Both the position numbers and the translations under genes were made by a program. Shown in pieces: positions 1 to 11,421 of a DNA stretch of 40,464 nt. Every line of letters starts with the position of its first letter. Within the stretch, counting starts at the first letter, position 1. The stretch spans positions 35,517,406 to 35,557,869 of the forward strand of contig NC_068998.1 in the NCBI RefSeq assembly GCF_001194135.2, in the 5' to 3' direction. Source of the DNA: Octopus bimaculoides (taxonomy: Eukaryota). The notes under the pieces were generated by a model. The model worked only from the letters and a program-made list of their open reading frames with translations. It made no database searches and was not told the DNA's origin.

Positions 1-36
<36 letters not shown>

Positions 37-86
37 GTGATATATATACATAATATATACTAATACATGTATGTATGCATATATAT

Positions 87-385
87 GTAAGTGAGATAAT
101 AGCTTCACTTTAATAGTTTCCGTATTAATAGTGAAACTATTAAATTGAAAGTATCTCACATTACGATAGATATCTTGTTTCACTTTTGACACCTAATGCT
201 GAAATAGTTTAAGAGATAAGTGATTGGTCCGGGCTCGCGTTAGGCAAGAAGTTGAAAACTTTTTGGGCCATGACACTGCATGTACCCTAAGTAAGGCATT
301 TGTATAATTTGAATGAAATCGGTCGTGTAGTTCTCGAGTTTTAGAGATTCACACAGAGAGGCACACATTTTCAGTTTTATATATA
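87..385. mobile_element. Possible non-autonomous Helitron/HINE-like or MITE-like element with a 5' hairpin
   Basis: Inverted repeat tttaatagtttc (109-120)/gaaactattaaa (133-144) inside outer pair gtaagtgagata/tatctcacattac; 3' part aaatcggtcgtgtagttctcgagtt...ttttatatata resembles motifs of such elements. Class is inference. Confidence 0.35.
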
Positions 386-911
386 TCATGGGAGGTTAAT
401 GTGCCCACGTGCTTTTCTATAACGCACCTTAATTTGTACAAAGCTGACACAAATATATTCTAAATTAATTAGTGAGTGAAATAATGAAGGGAAATGGGAA
501 ATTAAAGAATTTCAGAACAATAATTATTGTCTATGAGACATAAAAAAAAAAGATTGAAAAACGAGACCATTTCCGTAAAAAATAGGTGTGGTAAATGCTT
601 GATGATTCCGGAAGCATCTAAGATTTCAGCGACTTGCGGCCGCATGTCGTCAACGGTTGTGTTATGGGTAAGATGACCTGGTAGCCAGTCTTTTAAATCT
701 GTGACTAGCGAGTATTCTATGTCAATGCTTTGCAGCACAAAATGAGAGTACGAGACGGTAGCTAACTAGAGCTGATTCCAAGGAGCTACTCTTTCATATC
801 TTAAGAACGCTTAAGAATGACATTGGCTGTGTGATTGAATCTTCCTGTTTTCAAGTAATCGAAATTAAAAGGTGCTGTAAAAATTCTATGCTAATATATG
901 CTCCAAACAAA

Positions 912-1120
912 GGCGGCGAGCTGGCAGATTCGTTAGCACGCCGGGCAAAATGCTTAGCGATATTTCGTCCATCTTTACGTTCTGTGTTCAAATTCCGCTG
1001 AGTTCGACTTTGCCTTTCCTCCTTCCGTCGTCGATAACTTAAGTACCAGTTGAGCACTGGCGTCGATGAAATCGACTATCGCCTCCCCTACATTGCTGGC
1101 CATGTGCCAAAATTTGAAAT
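912..1120 (+). mobile_element. tRNA-derived SINE, family B (ggcggcgagctggcaga head)
   Basis: A-box-like tggcagattcgtt, B box gttcaaattcc (986-996); homologous to 2311, 5641 and 28759 in this window. Confidence 0.85.
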
Positions 1121-1380
1121 GAAAGTGTTTCAAATACCAGCTTAACCTATTTCATAGCTTATATGACGCACTTTTTTTTTTCCCCCAACAAATATGTCAA
1201 AAACTCACTCCATATCCATTAAGCAAAGTTGGGCTTACTATATGCTAATTTTTGTCCCTAATGCTCACTTTTTCCTGAATATGCGCTGCTGAAATTGGAA
1301 TGCGTCTAATATTCTCATGCATATTTTAAGCCATCATGAAAAACCTCAAATACTGTTATCATGTATTTGATGTTATTTTA

Positions 1381-1790
1381 GTAGGTGTGGTTGTATGGTA
1401 AGCAGGTTGCTTCCTAATCACATGCTTCCAGATTCAGTCCTGTTACGTGGAACCTCTTGGGAAAGTGTCTGCTACAATAGCTGCGTGCCGACCAAAGCCT
1501 TATGAGTGAATTTGGCGGACGGAAACTAAAAGAAGCCTATTGTGTGTATATATATATATTTATAAGTTTATGTATGATTGTGTTTTTGTGTCTGTTTTTG
1601 TACCCTACGACCACTGGACAACCGATGTTGGTGTGTTTATGTCCCCGTAACTTCGGCAAAACACCAATAAAATAAATACTAAGCTTTAAAAATGTCCTTG
1701 GGTCGATTTATTCGACTAAAACCCTTCAAGGCGGTGTTCCACCACGACCACATTCAAATGACTGAAACAAGTAAAAAATAAAAGACAAAA
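1381..1790 (+). mobile_element. tRNA-derived SINE, family A long form (CORE-like motif, internal TA/TG microsatellite)
   Basis: Aligns along its length with 19375-19780; degenerate ccttgggcaagtgtctt motif; A-rich tail. Confidence 0.85.
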
Positions 1791-2157
1791 GAAAAAGATT
1801 ATTGAAACAAAAGCCACTAAAACAATGATTCTCAAATTCACTAAAACTGCGTCCATCCACCAGAAAAAAAGATTCGATGACGTGTTTTTTGCATCACTTC
1901 TTTATTAATGAAAGAATAAAATAGAGTTTGTGTTCTTGTTTCGCTGTTTATTAATATCCACAAGCACCTCGCTTGTGAAAAATATAGTTCCAGGGTGATT
2001 AATTGGTATAGTAATAAATTTGCGAATAAATAAATTTACAAGCAATTAAGAGAACTGTATATATCATTATATACATGGTCATGCCTGTATATAGGACATG
2101 GGTTAAGAAAAATATGTTAAATGAAGGAATATTAATTGGTTTAACAAAAGAATTTAC

Positions 2158-2750
2158 AGACGTGGCTGAGTAATAAGAAGCTTGTTTCCTAATCACATGG
2201 TTCCGGCTTCAATCCTACTGCGTGGCATCATGGGCAAGTGTCTTTTACTATAGCCTCAGGTTGATCAAAGCCTTGTGAGTGGATTTGGTAGACGGAAACT
2301 GAAATGAAGCAGTCAGCTGGCAGAAACGCGTTAGCACATCGAGCGAAATGCTTAGCGGTATTTCGTCTGTCTTTACGTTCTGAGTTCAAATTCCGCCGAT
2401 ATCAGGGTCGATAAATTAAGTACCAGTTACGCACTGGGGTCGATATGATTGACTTAATCCCTTTGTCTGTCCTTGTTTGTCCCCTCTATGTTTAGCCCCT
2501 TATAGGCAATAAAGAAATTGGAAACTGAAATGAAGCCCGTCGTATGTGTTTGCTTTTGACCACTGCTTGATAATCGGTGTTGGTTTGTGTTTTTGCCCGT
2601 AATTTAGCGGTTCGGCAAAAGAGACTGATAAAATAAATACCAGGCCTTAAAAAATAAGTACTGGGGTTGATTGTTTAAACGAAAATCCTTCAAGTCGGTG
2701 CTCCAGCATGGCTGCAGTCCAATCTCCGAAACAATTAAAATAAAAAGAGA
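2158..2750 (+). mobile_element. SINE family A, split by a nested family B SINE
   Basis: Family A sequence stops at 2310 and resumes at 2520 with a 17 bp duplication. Confidence 0.85.
2311..2519 (+). mobile_element. SINE family B nested in family A, with 17 bp TSD
   Basis: ggaaactgaaatgaagc at 2294-2310 and 2520-2536; B box gttcaaattcc; aataaagaaatt tail. Confidence 0.9.
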
Positions 2751-2824
2751 GTGTCAAAAGCGTTGTGTATAAGATTATATACACGCGTGTGCCTGTATAA
2801 GATGAGGGTTCGGAAAGTTTATTA

Positions 2825-3204
2825 TAGTGGTTCTCAACCGGGGTCCATATGGCCCTTGGGAGTCCATATTAAATTTTTAACCGGGTGGTGGGGTGTCCAT
2901 GTAAGCAAAATAGTAAATTGGGAATCCACAATAATATTTTAAGGTTCCATGAAAAAAAAAACAATTTGTTTTAGATATAGTTATTGCAAGAAGCAGCTGC
3001 TAAGTTTTTGTTCTCTAATGCTTTACATAGTTCGGCATGTTTCTTGCAAATATATGCAAGCGAACGCAAGAAAAACAAAATAGGGATTTTGAAAGAAGTA
3101 TTCATAAAATTAGTTTTTAAAACATTGAATGATTATGGGGGTTCATGTGCATGAAATAGTAATCGAAGGAGTCCATAGATAAAAAAAATGGCTGAGAAAT
3201 GCTG
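2825..3204. mobile_element. hAT/Charlie-like MITE
   Basis: Termini tagtggttctcaacc and ggctgagaaatgctg resemble the Charlie-type CAGTGGTTCTCAACC TIR; 8 bp flanks gtttatta/gttaataa match 6/8. Confidence 0.65.
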
Positions 3205-3256
3205 GTTAATAAATTATTCAGTTTAATGATTTCTCCAAACACACACGCACGCACAC

Positions 3257-4107
3257 AAACTGATTCGACAGTTGCAATGAAGAGTTTGATTTTGATTCGC
3301 CTGAACAATTTGGAGTTTCAGACCTTCTTTAGTTTGTGTCAAGCTGTCCATACTTGTGCTTTCTGATCTTGATGTCTGCATCCAAACAGCTCGACCAACC
3401 AACTAAGTACTTGAAACCTTCAGCAACATTCAATTTGGAACCGCTCAAAGCAAGCAGTTCAACATCACTTGATTGGTTGAAAGATATTTTTTCGGTTTTC
3501 TTGGCATTTGTGTGCAGTCCAATTTTGGCAGCTGATGTTTCTACTCAGCAGAACAGCCGTTGCGCTTGATTTGCCGCATTACATAATCCTATACAATTGC
3601 AAACAGGTAAGATGCAAGCTTGTCTCCTTGTAGCATTCCCGATAGTATTTGAAAGAGTTCCGTTTCTCCGTCAGATGACAGCACAGGAACTCTGGTTTTC
3701 TCGTAGGTTTTTGTAATAGAAAGAACAAGTTCTGAAATGCCATATGCTCGGAGGATCTTCAGTATTTTGTCACGATGGATGCTGTCATCCACTTAGCTGA
3801 AGTCCACAAAAAGGATAATGGTAGGTAGCTGTCTTGATTTAACCCTACGCTTCAAGGCTAAGATATGAGATGTCGTGGATCTCCCTGGCCTAAATCATTT
3901 TTGGCTTGGTCTCAGATGGCTATTAAGCACCGGATGAATCCTGTTGGGATCATTCGGTTGATGAGTTTGAGTGAGAGATTGGACATTGCAATTCCTCTGT
4001 AGTTAGTCTCATTGCTGAGGTTTTCAGTCTCTGACCACTGTTCTGGACTTTGTTGGTTCTGCAAGAGTATAATCTCGAAATTCAGTATCATTTCATCCAG
4101 ATTGCCG
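3257..4107 (-). mobile_element. Degraded non-LTR retrotransposon reverse transcriptase (RTE-like clade)
   Basis: Manual translation across stops and frameshifts: NYRGIAMS, FRPGRSTTSHILAL, FVDFS*VDDSIHR, ILRAYGI, LQGDKLASYLFAIV, ETSAAKIGLHTNAKKTE, FKYL, LFIATVESV. Clade is inference from motifs. Confidence 0.85.
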
Positions 4108-4250
4108 TGTGATAAGGAGCTTGCTTCCCAACTATACGATTCTGCATTCAGTTTCACTATGTGGTAGCGTGGACAAGTGTCTTCTGCTATAGCACCAAGC
4201 CACCCAAAGCCTTGTAAGTGGATTTGGTAGGAGGAAAATGAAAAACATTA
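4108..4250 (+). mobile_element. SINE family A 5' half
   Basis: caagtgtcttctgctatagc...aaagccttgtaagtggatttggtag matches other family A copies; runs into (TG)n(AG)n and a gap. Confidence 0.8.
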
Positions 4251-4256
4251 TATATA

Positions 4257-4257
<1 letters not shown>

Positions 4258-4324
<67 letters not shown>

Positions 4325-5221
4325 NNNNNNNNNNNNNNNNNNNNNNNNNNNNNNNNNNNNNNNNNNNNNNNNNNNNNNNNNNNNNNNNNNNNNNNNNNNN
4401 NNNNNNNNNNNNNNNNNNNNNNNNNNNNNNNNNNNNNNNNNNNNNNNNNNNNNNNNNNNNNNNNNNNNNNNNNNNNNNNNNNNNNNNNNNNNNNNNNNNN
4501 NNNNNNNNNNNNNNNNNNNNNNNNNNNNNNNNNNNNNNNNNNNNNNNNNNNNNNNNNNNNNNNNNNNNNNNNNNNNNNNNNNNNNNNNNNNNNNNNNNNN
4601 NNNNNNNNNNNNNNNNNNNNNNNNNNNNNNNNNNNNNNNNNNNNNNNNNNNNNNNNNNNNNNNNNNNNNNNNNNNNNNNNNNNNNNNNNNNNNNNNNNNN
4701 NNNNNNNNNNNNNNNNNNNNNNNNNNNNNNNNNNNNNNNNNNNNNNNNNNNNNNNNNNNNNNNNNNNNNNNNNNNNNNNNNNNNNNNNNNNNNNNNNNNN
4801 NNNNNNNNNNNNNNNNNNNNNNNNNNNNNNNNNNNNNNNNNNNNNNNNNNNNNNNNNNNNNNNNNNNNNNNNNNNNNNNNNNNNNNNNNNNNNNNNNNNN
4901 NNNNNNNNNNNNNNNNNNNNNNNNNNNNNNNNNNNNNNNNNNNNNNNNNNNNNNNNNNNNNNNNNNNNNNNNNNNNNNNNNNNNNNNNNNNNNNNNNNNN
5001 NNNNNNNNNNNNNNNNNNNNNNNNNNNNNNNNNNNNNNNNNNNNNNNNNNNNNNNNNNNNNNNNNNNNNNNNNNNNNNNNNNNNNNNNNNNNNNNNNNNN
5101 NNNNNNNNNNNNNNNNNNNNNNNNNNNNNNNNNNNNNNNNNNNNNNNNNNNNNNNNNNNNNNNNNNNNNNNNNNNNNNNNNNNNNNNNNNNNNNNNNNNN
5201 NNNNNNNNNNNNNNNNNNNNN
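4258..5221. repeat. (TG)n(AG)n microsatellite followed by assembly gap 4325-5221
   Basis: Direct reading. Confidence 0.95.
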
Positions 5222-5640
5222 ATATATCGGTTCAATTTGACTGTCGGCGAAAAGAATTCTCGATACCATAGTAGAGATGAACAGAGTCTTGTTTGCGTCT
5301 AGTCAGTCTCGTGTTACTCACAGTTTCGTCTGTTGGAGGCATCGTGTTTTAAGGCAAGCCATGACTGAAGAAGAGATGGTGTTTGCTTATCTATGTATGG
5401 GAAACCTGAGTCTCTTTTTCTCTTTTCTGTTTTTTTCTGCTTTCTTTTCTTCTTTTTTGTTTCCTTTCTTTTCCTCTTCCTTCTGTTTCTCTTCCTTTTT
5501 CCATTTATCTTTTTCCCTTGTACCATCATGCCCTACAACCAAAACATAATACTACACACACGCGCGCGCACATTTTATCGCCTTGCATGTTCTGCTCGCT
5601 TTATACACTACCCTCATGTCGGGTTGCTACTTATCTCTTA

Positions 5641-5842
5641 AGGCGGCCCACGAAGGTCAAAATGCTAAACGGCATTTAGTCGGTCTTTATGTTCTGAGCT
5701 GAAATTCTGCCGAGGTCAACTTTACCGTTCATCCTTACGAGGGTCGATAAAATAAGTGCCAGTCTAGTACTGGAGTCGGTGATATCGACTAGCCCTCTCG
5801 CCCTAAATATTTCAGGCCTACTGCCAATAGTAGAAAGGATTT
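5641..5842 (+). mobile_element. SINE family B, diverged
   Basis: aaatgctaaacggcattt...gaggtcaacttt...gggtcgataaaataagtgccagt matches 912-1120. Confidence 0.8.
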
Positions 5843-6329
5843 ATGGCAAATCTCGGGAACCAGTCTTTTTCAACCCTGAATGAAGAAGTGAACAGTTGCA
5901 AGCAGATCTAGGTAGGCTTACCAATTTCTGTTTAAGTGTATACTTTAAATTCATTCTTTCCTTGTATGTATTGCAAAGCTATTTATTTATCATAGCCTCA
6001 ACAGTGATATATAAATCATAGTAAATACTCCCAAGATACAATGCCTCGATTAGACGAATAAAGGTGAACGTTGTGAAGTTCCTGTGTGCCTAGTTATATA
6101 TATATATAGGGGAGAGCGGTGCATGCGCGCACCCAGGTACATACACACAAATATACGCACACCAACCCATAAGCACCTTAGCACCCCATCTCAAAGATAT
6201 ATAGACTCGCGTCTCGTTCAACTCGTTCAACTCTGCTATTAACCTTTAATCTCCCATACACCCGCCACAAGTCGCGTTATTTATTTACATACGCTCTCCC
6301 CACTCCTCACATACATACACAACTCACAC

Positions 6330-6818
6330 ATACATATATACACATAAATACATCCTACACATACATACATACATACATACATGCATACATATACATATGT
6401 ATATATATATATATATATATATACAGCTGCATGTACATACCTACACACACATACATACACACACATACATACACACACACACACACNNNNNNNNNNNNNN
6501 NNNNNNNNNNNNNNNNNNNNNNNNNNNNNNNNNNNNNNNNNNNNNNNNNNNNNNNNNNNNNNNNNNNNNNNNNNNNNNNNNNNNNNNNNNNNNNNNNNNN
6601 NNNNNNNNNNNNNNNNNNNNNNNNNNNNNNNNNNNNNNNNNNNNNNNNNNNNNNNNNNNNNNNNNNNNNNNNNNNNNNNNNNNNNNNNNNNNNNNNNNNN
6701 NNNNNNNNNNNNNNNNNNNNNNNNNNNNNNNNNNNNNNNNNNNNNNNNNNNNNNNNNNNNNNNNNNNNNNNNNTATATGTATGTGTGTGTGTGTGTGTGT
6801 ACACATGCATACATGCAT

Positions 6819-6878
<60 letters not shown>

Positions 6879-6880
6879 AT
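6330..6880. repeat. (CATA)n/(CA)n/(TG)n microsatellite block with gap 6487-6773
   Basis: Direct reading. Confidence 0.95.
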
Positions 6881-7759
6881 ATGTACATTGTGCCGATAAC
6901 TATAACAGATCGTATTACATTAGTTGTACGGAGATATCAGATAACCCCTGGCTATTTGAATTAAATTTTGAGATCTAATCTGTCACTTGGTAGTATCTGA
7001 TGATTCCATGAAGACGAATCCAGCGTCCTTTTATCGTATTTCGACGGTGTGTATAATGCGGAGGTGGGAGCAGAGAAGATGTGGGAGTATTTGGTGCAAA
7101 GGGAAAATGAAATAAATTGAATTGCAGGAGTTTGACATAAAACACATACCTTATGGTACTGTGACATATAAAGCACACACATGCACATACTGAGACACAA
7201 ACATACTCACACATGCACAGTCACGCATACACATACATGCGCAAGCACTCGGGCACACACACACATACATACACACACACACAACGCCCACGCGCAAACA
7301 CACATGCACGCAAGCATAACACATACATACAGAAGCACGCATAAAACACTCTTTTTCTCTATATAAAGGCAATGTACACATGTGCGTTTACAAACATTCT
7401 ATATATTTTAAATACATACGTACACACAGACATATATACACACATATATACATACAAATTCACACACACACGAATATACACATTCCGGCGTGCACACAGA
7501 TACATATATACTTTTTTAAAATATAAATGGTTTTTATGGTTTTGATTTAATTGAAGCATTTTTTTAGCTTGATCGTTCTCTTATTTTGCACCAAATTTTA
7601 TTCAGACCATTGTACAAACTTAGATTTTTCACAGAATTTAGCTGATGGTTAACCGTATTTACGAAACCAATTACGAATTTGTACGTTTACTAGCTTTTCC
7701 GAAATTAAAAAAAAAATATTAATCGTTCTCTTTTTTTGTTCACTACTGTATATATCTAT

Positions 7760-7900
7760 GTGTGTGCGTGTGTCTTTCTCTCTGTGTTTGCCCCCACCCT
7801 ACATCACCGCTTGACAACTGGTGTTGACTTGTTTATGTCCCCGTAATCTAGTGGTTCAGCTAAAGAGACTGATAGAATAAGTACTAGGCTTTAAAAAATA
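7760..7900 (+). mobile_element. SINE family A 3' module fragment
   Basis: cgcttgacaactggtgttg...gtccccgtaa...gatagaataagtactaggct matches 19600-19685. Confidence 0.75.
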
Positions 7901-8544
7901 GGGCACACGCACTCACACACACACACACACACACACGCACAGACACACACGCACACACACATGTATGTATGTATGTATGTATGCATGTATGTATGGTTGT
8001 ATGTATGTATATGTAGATATATAAGATATTCCAATTAAAATAATCTTTTCATCATAGAAAATTACCCATTTACTTTATATAGAGAAAAATGAGGGTTTTT
8101 TTTACTATTTACAGCGTAAAGAAAAAAATGTTTTGAGCTAAAGTGATCAATTTAATACACATCACAGTAAGCTGTACTGATTATATGGATTCGTTAATTC
8201 ATTAAGAGTGTACTACATTACGGTTTCAAAATGGTTGCAATGTAAATTATATCTTTTTGTTATAAACATATTGTATCACATTCGCTTGGAAACATAAACA
8301 AAATAATTATACTATAGATTATATTACTCTATTTATTAAAAAAATTAAGGGATTTATGTGACATTTTGCTAATTATAAGTGTCCGCCGGGGGAAAAAAAC
8401 GGCTTTATATATCTCTGCGGCTGAGAAAATGGCATTTTTTGTGAATAGTTTTGAGTTTCCTGAAATCTTAATCAACATCGTTTATTAATGAAAGTATCCC
8501 TAACTTCTGTCCACAGCTGGTATCAGAAGGATCGAGCTAATTTT

Positions 8545-8767
<223 letters not shown>

Positions 8768-8768
<1 letters not shown>

Positions 8769-9672
8769 CATTATTCAGTTTTATTTCGAAATTTCTTGCC
8801 AATAGCGAAAGAGCCGGTTTCTAACCTAGATCCAAGGCTCCTTCATTGGAATCTCAACATCCACAACAGGGTATTTGTATTTGAATGTATGTTTATGTGC
8901 AGATCTGTATGTTTTGCTATGTATGTATGCATGTATGGATACTCTTTACTATTTTACTCTTTTACTTGTTTCAGTCAATTGACTGCGGCCATGCTGGAGC
9001 ACCGCCTTATAGTCGTGCAAATCTTATTCTTTGTAAGCCTAGTACTTATTCTATCGGTTTCTTTTGCCGAACCGCTAAGTTACGGGGACGTAAACACACC
9101 AGCATCAGTTGTCAAGCGATGCTGGGGGGACAAACACACACACACATATATATATATACATATACATATATACGACGGGCTTCTTTCAGTTTCCGTCTAC
9201 CCAATCCACTCACAAGGCTTTGGTCGGCCCGAAGCTATAGTAGAAGACACTTGCCCAAAGTGCCACGCAGTGGGGCTGAACCCGGAACCATATGGTTGGT
9301 AAGCAAGCTACTTACCGCACAGCCACTCTGTATGTCTGTATGTATGTATGTATGTATGTATGTGCAGGTTTGTATGTTTTGTTTTGTGTATGTATTCTCA
9401 TGCATATATTTGCATATCTAGACATATTTAAATGTTAAACTTCTGGAGAGTTTTACAGATGTTCACAGTTCCAGTGATGGATTGGAACCTGTAATGTTCG
9501 AATTAGTTTTCCCCTTTCTGAATTTGAGGATCCTAATTTTTCAAGATTGGCATTTATGCAGTGTGTTACATATCCCAGAGCCCCGATAATTACAGGTATA
9601 AACCTGAACTTATAACTTGGATAGAGTAACTGCAAATTTCTCAATATTTCAGCGTATGTATTCTCTTTTACA
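8768..9672 (-). mobile_element. 5'-truncated Dong/R4-like LINE 3' end (interrupted by SINE at 8939-9330)
   Basis: 9430-9670 (-) encodes YAEILRNLQLLYPSYKFRFIPVIIGALGYVTHC..., homologous to the C-terminus of ORF 10567-11421. Assigning 8768-8938 as the 3' UTR terminus is less certain; it shares atgtgcag.t.tgtatgttttg with 9360-9385 and has AATAAA near the end. Confidence 0.75.
8939..9330 (-). mobile_element. SINE family A, near full length
   Basis: Reverse complement of 19375-19780, including internal microsatellite and (aaagagt)-like tail. Confidence 0.9.
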
Positions 9673-9674
9673 CT

Positions 9675-10036
9675 GTATGTATGTATGTATGTATGTATGT
9701 ATGTATGTATGTATGTATGTATGTATGCCCATTATATACGCCTCAAGGGAAACATGAGTGTATCCTGGATTTTCAGTTGCGTGGTCTAGTTAATTAAGTT
9801 AATTACGCTGAAGTTTAATTAAATATGTGACCTAATCGGTAGGCCCATGTTAAGAGTGCTTACGGTGGGTTCCGCCTGATTATTTGAATTTAATTCTTAT
9901 ACATACATACATACATACATACATACATACATACATACACAAACACACATACATACATACATACATACATACATACACACATACATACATACATACATAC
10001 ATACATACATACATACATACATACATACATACATAC
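9675..10036. repeat. (TATG)n 9675-9727 and (CATA)n 9900-10036 arrays around a unique spacer
   Basis: Direct reading. Confidence 0.9.
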
Positions 10037-10094
10037 GTGTGCCTATGTGTAATATGTGCGTGTGTGTGTGCGCGCGCGTATATATTTATGTGTG

Positions 10095-10440
10095 TAGACG
10101 TGATTGAAATCCATGCAAGCCCGAGTTAATAATTTCACTTCATAACCATGACATCTCTCGTTCGATTCCGCTGCAGATCGGAGAAATTACTTTTACCATT
10201 GCTGCAGTTGATTAATACCTGTGTGTGGGTTTGGGTCAACAAAAACTACGTAGAAGCCTCATAGCTGAACTGTACTTCTAACCGAAAGGGTCAGAGTTGT
10301 CACACATTTTGTTACACCGATTCTGTTGAACAATGAAGTCGTTAAATATACAGGTGTTTGTGAGGTACTCGGCCATTTACAGTAAAAATCAGTGAGCAGA
10401 GAGCAGGAAGTTCAGTCGAATAAACAATTGTCGGAACCGA
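10095..10440 (+). mobile_element. Old SINE sharing the aaagggtcag..ttgtcacac module with families C/D
   Basis: Degenerate match to 15465-15522 and to the reverse complement of 34200-34350. Confidence 0.5.
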
Positions 10441-10566
10441 TGGAGATTCAAAAGTTTTACTGCTCTTACAATTAATCTATGTTCTTGTATTTCGTTGGTC
10501 TTTGAAGTACAAACAATGGGGAACTATTTACCATAACCAGGTTCCAAAGTACGTAACCTAGAATAC

Positions 10567-11421
10567 ATGTCCAAAGAAGTCGCACGACTCTACCACAACG
10601 TATCATCAGATGAAAGGATGAGCCTATATGAGCAGAAGACTATGCATGGATTTATTACTAGAAAGCTCCGTGAGGATAGTAACATCGATCATCAAAGCAG
10701 TTTATCATGGACCAATATCCGGATTACGATCTCCCACTTTGAAGAGTACGTGTTTGCAATCCAAGAACAAGAAATATCAACCAAGTACCTGATACACAAA
10801 AGGGACGGAGATGCAGGTAAAGCCGTAAAGTGTGACAACCAATGCAGACTTTGTGGAGTTCCCACTGAAGATATCACCCATATCATAAGCAGTTGTCCGA
10901 AAATGTCATCACGGTATTATCTATCGATAAGACATGACGTTGTAGCTAGGACACTCTATAATGAAATCTGTCGGAAGGATAATCCCGAGGACAAAGAAAT
11001 AAAGACCCTCAATATGGTAGAAGACATAGCCACTCATAATAAAAAGGAATACAGGTGGAATGTACCAGTGAAGAATTCAATAAAATATAAGCACAACAAA
11101 CCTGATATAATGATTTGGGATAGAGAAGAGAAACTGCGCACAGTTGTGGAAACTAGCTGCCCATCGGATGTTAACATAAAGCTGAAGATCAGTGAGAAAG
11201 AGAATATCTACGCTGAACTATTGAGAAATCTGCAGTTACTCCATCCAGATTACAAGTTCTGGTTTATACCTGTAATTATTGGGACCCTGGAATATGTAAC
11301 ACACTGCCTAAATACCAATCTTGAGAAACTAGGCTTCTCAAAAGGAGAAAGGAGAAAGCTAATTCGAAGATTACATACCCAATCCATCACTGGAACGGTA
11401 AAAATCTGGAAAACTTTCTAG
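10567..11421 (+). CDS. Dong/R4-like non-LTR retrotransposon ORF C-terminus: CCHC zinc knuckle plus restriction-like endonuclease (element ~10500-11780, 5'-truncated)
   Basis: AIQEQEISTKY, CRLC-x5-DITHIISSC, RHD, KPDIMIWD, VETSCP, EKENIYAEL: motif order typical of RLE-clade LINEs. No RT domain present. Confidence 0.85.
   Translation: MSKEVARLYHNVSSDERMSLYEQKTMHGFITRKLREDSNIDHQSSLSWTNIRITISHFEEYVFAIQEQEISTKYLIHKRDGDAGKAVKCDNQCRLCGVPTEDITHIISSCPKMSSRYYLSIRHDVVARTLYNEICRKDNPEDKEIKTLNMVEDIATHNKKEYRWNVPVKNSIKYKHNKPDIMIWDREEKLRTVVETSCPSDVNIKLKISEKENIYAELLRNLQLLHPDYKFWFIPVIIGTLEYVTHCLNTNLEKLGFSKGERRKLIRRLHTQSITGTVKIWKTF

Noticed and set aside
912-1000. tRNA genes at SINE heads (also 15260, 28759, 34410)
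   Set aside because: A/B boxes are present but there is no complete cloverleaf, and each continues into a SINE body.
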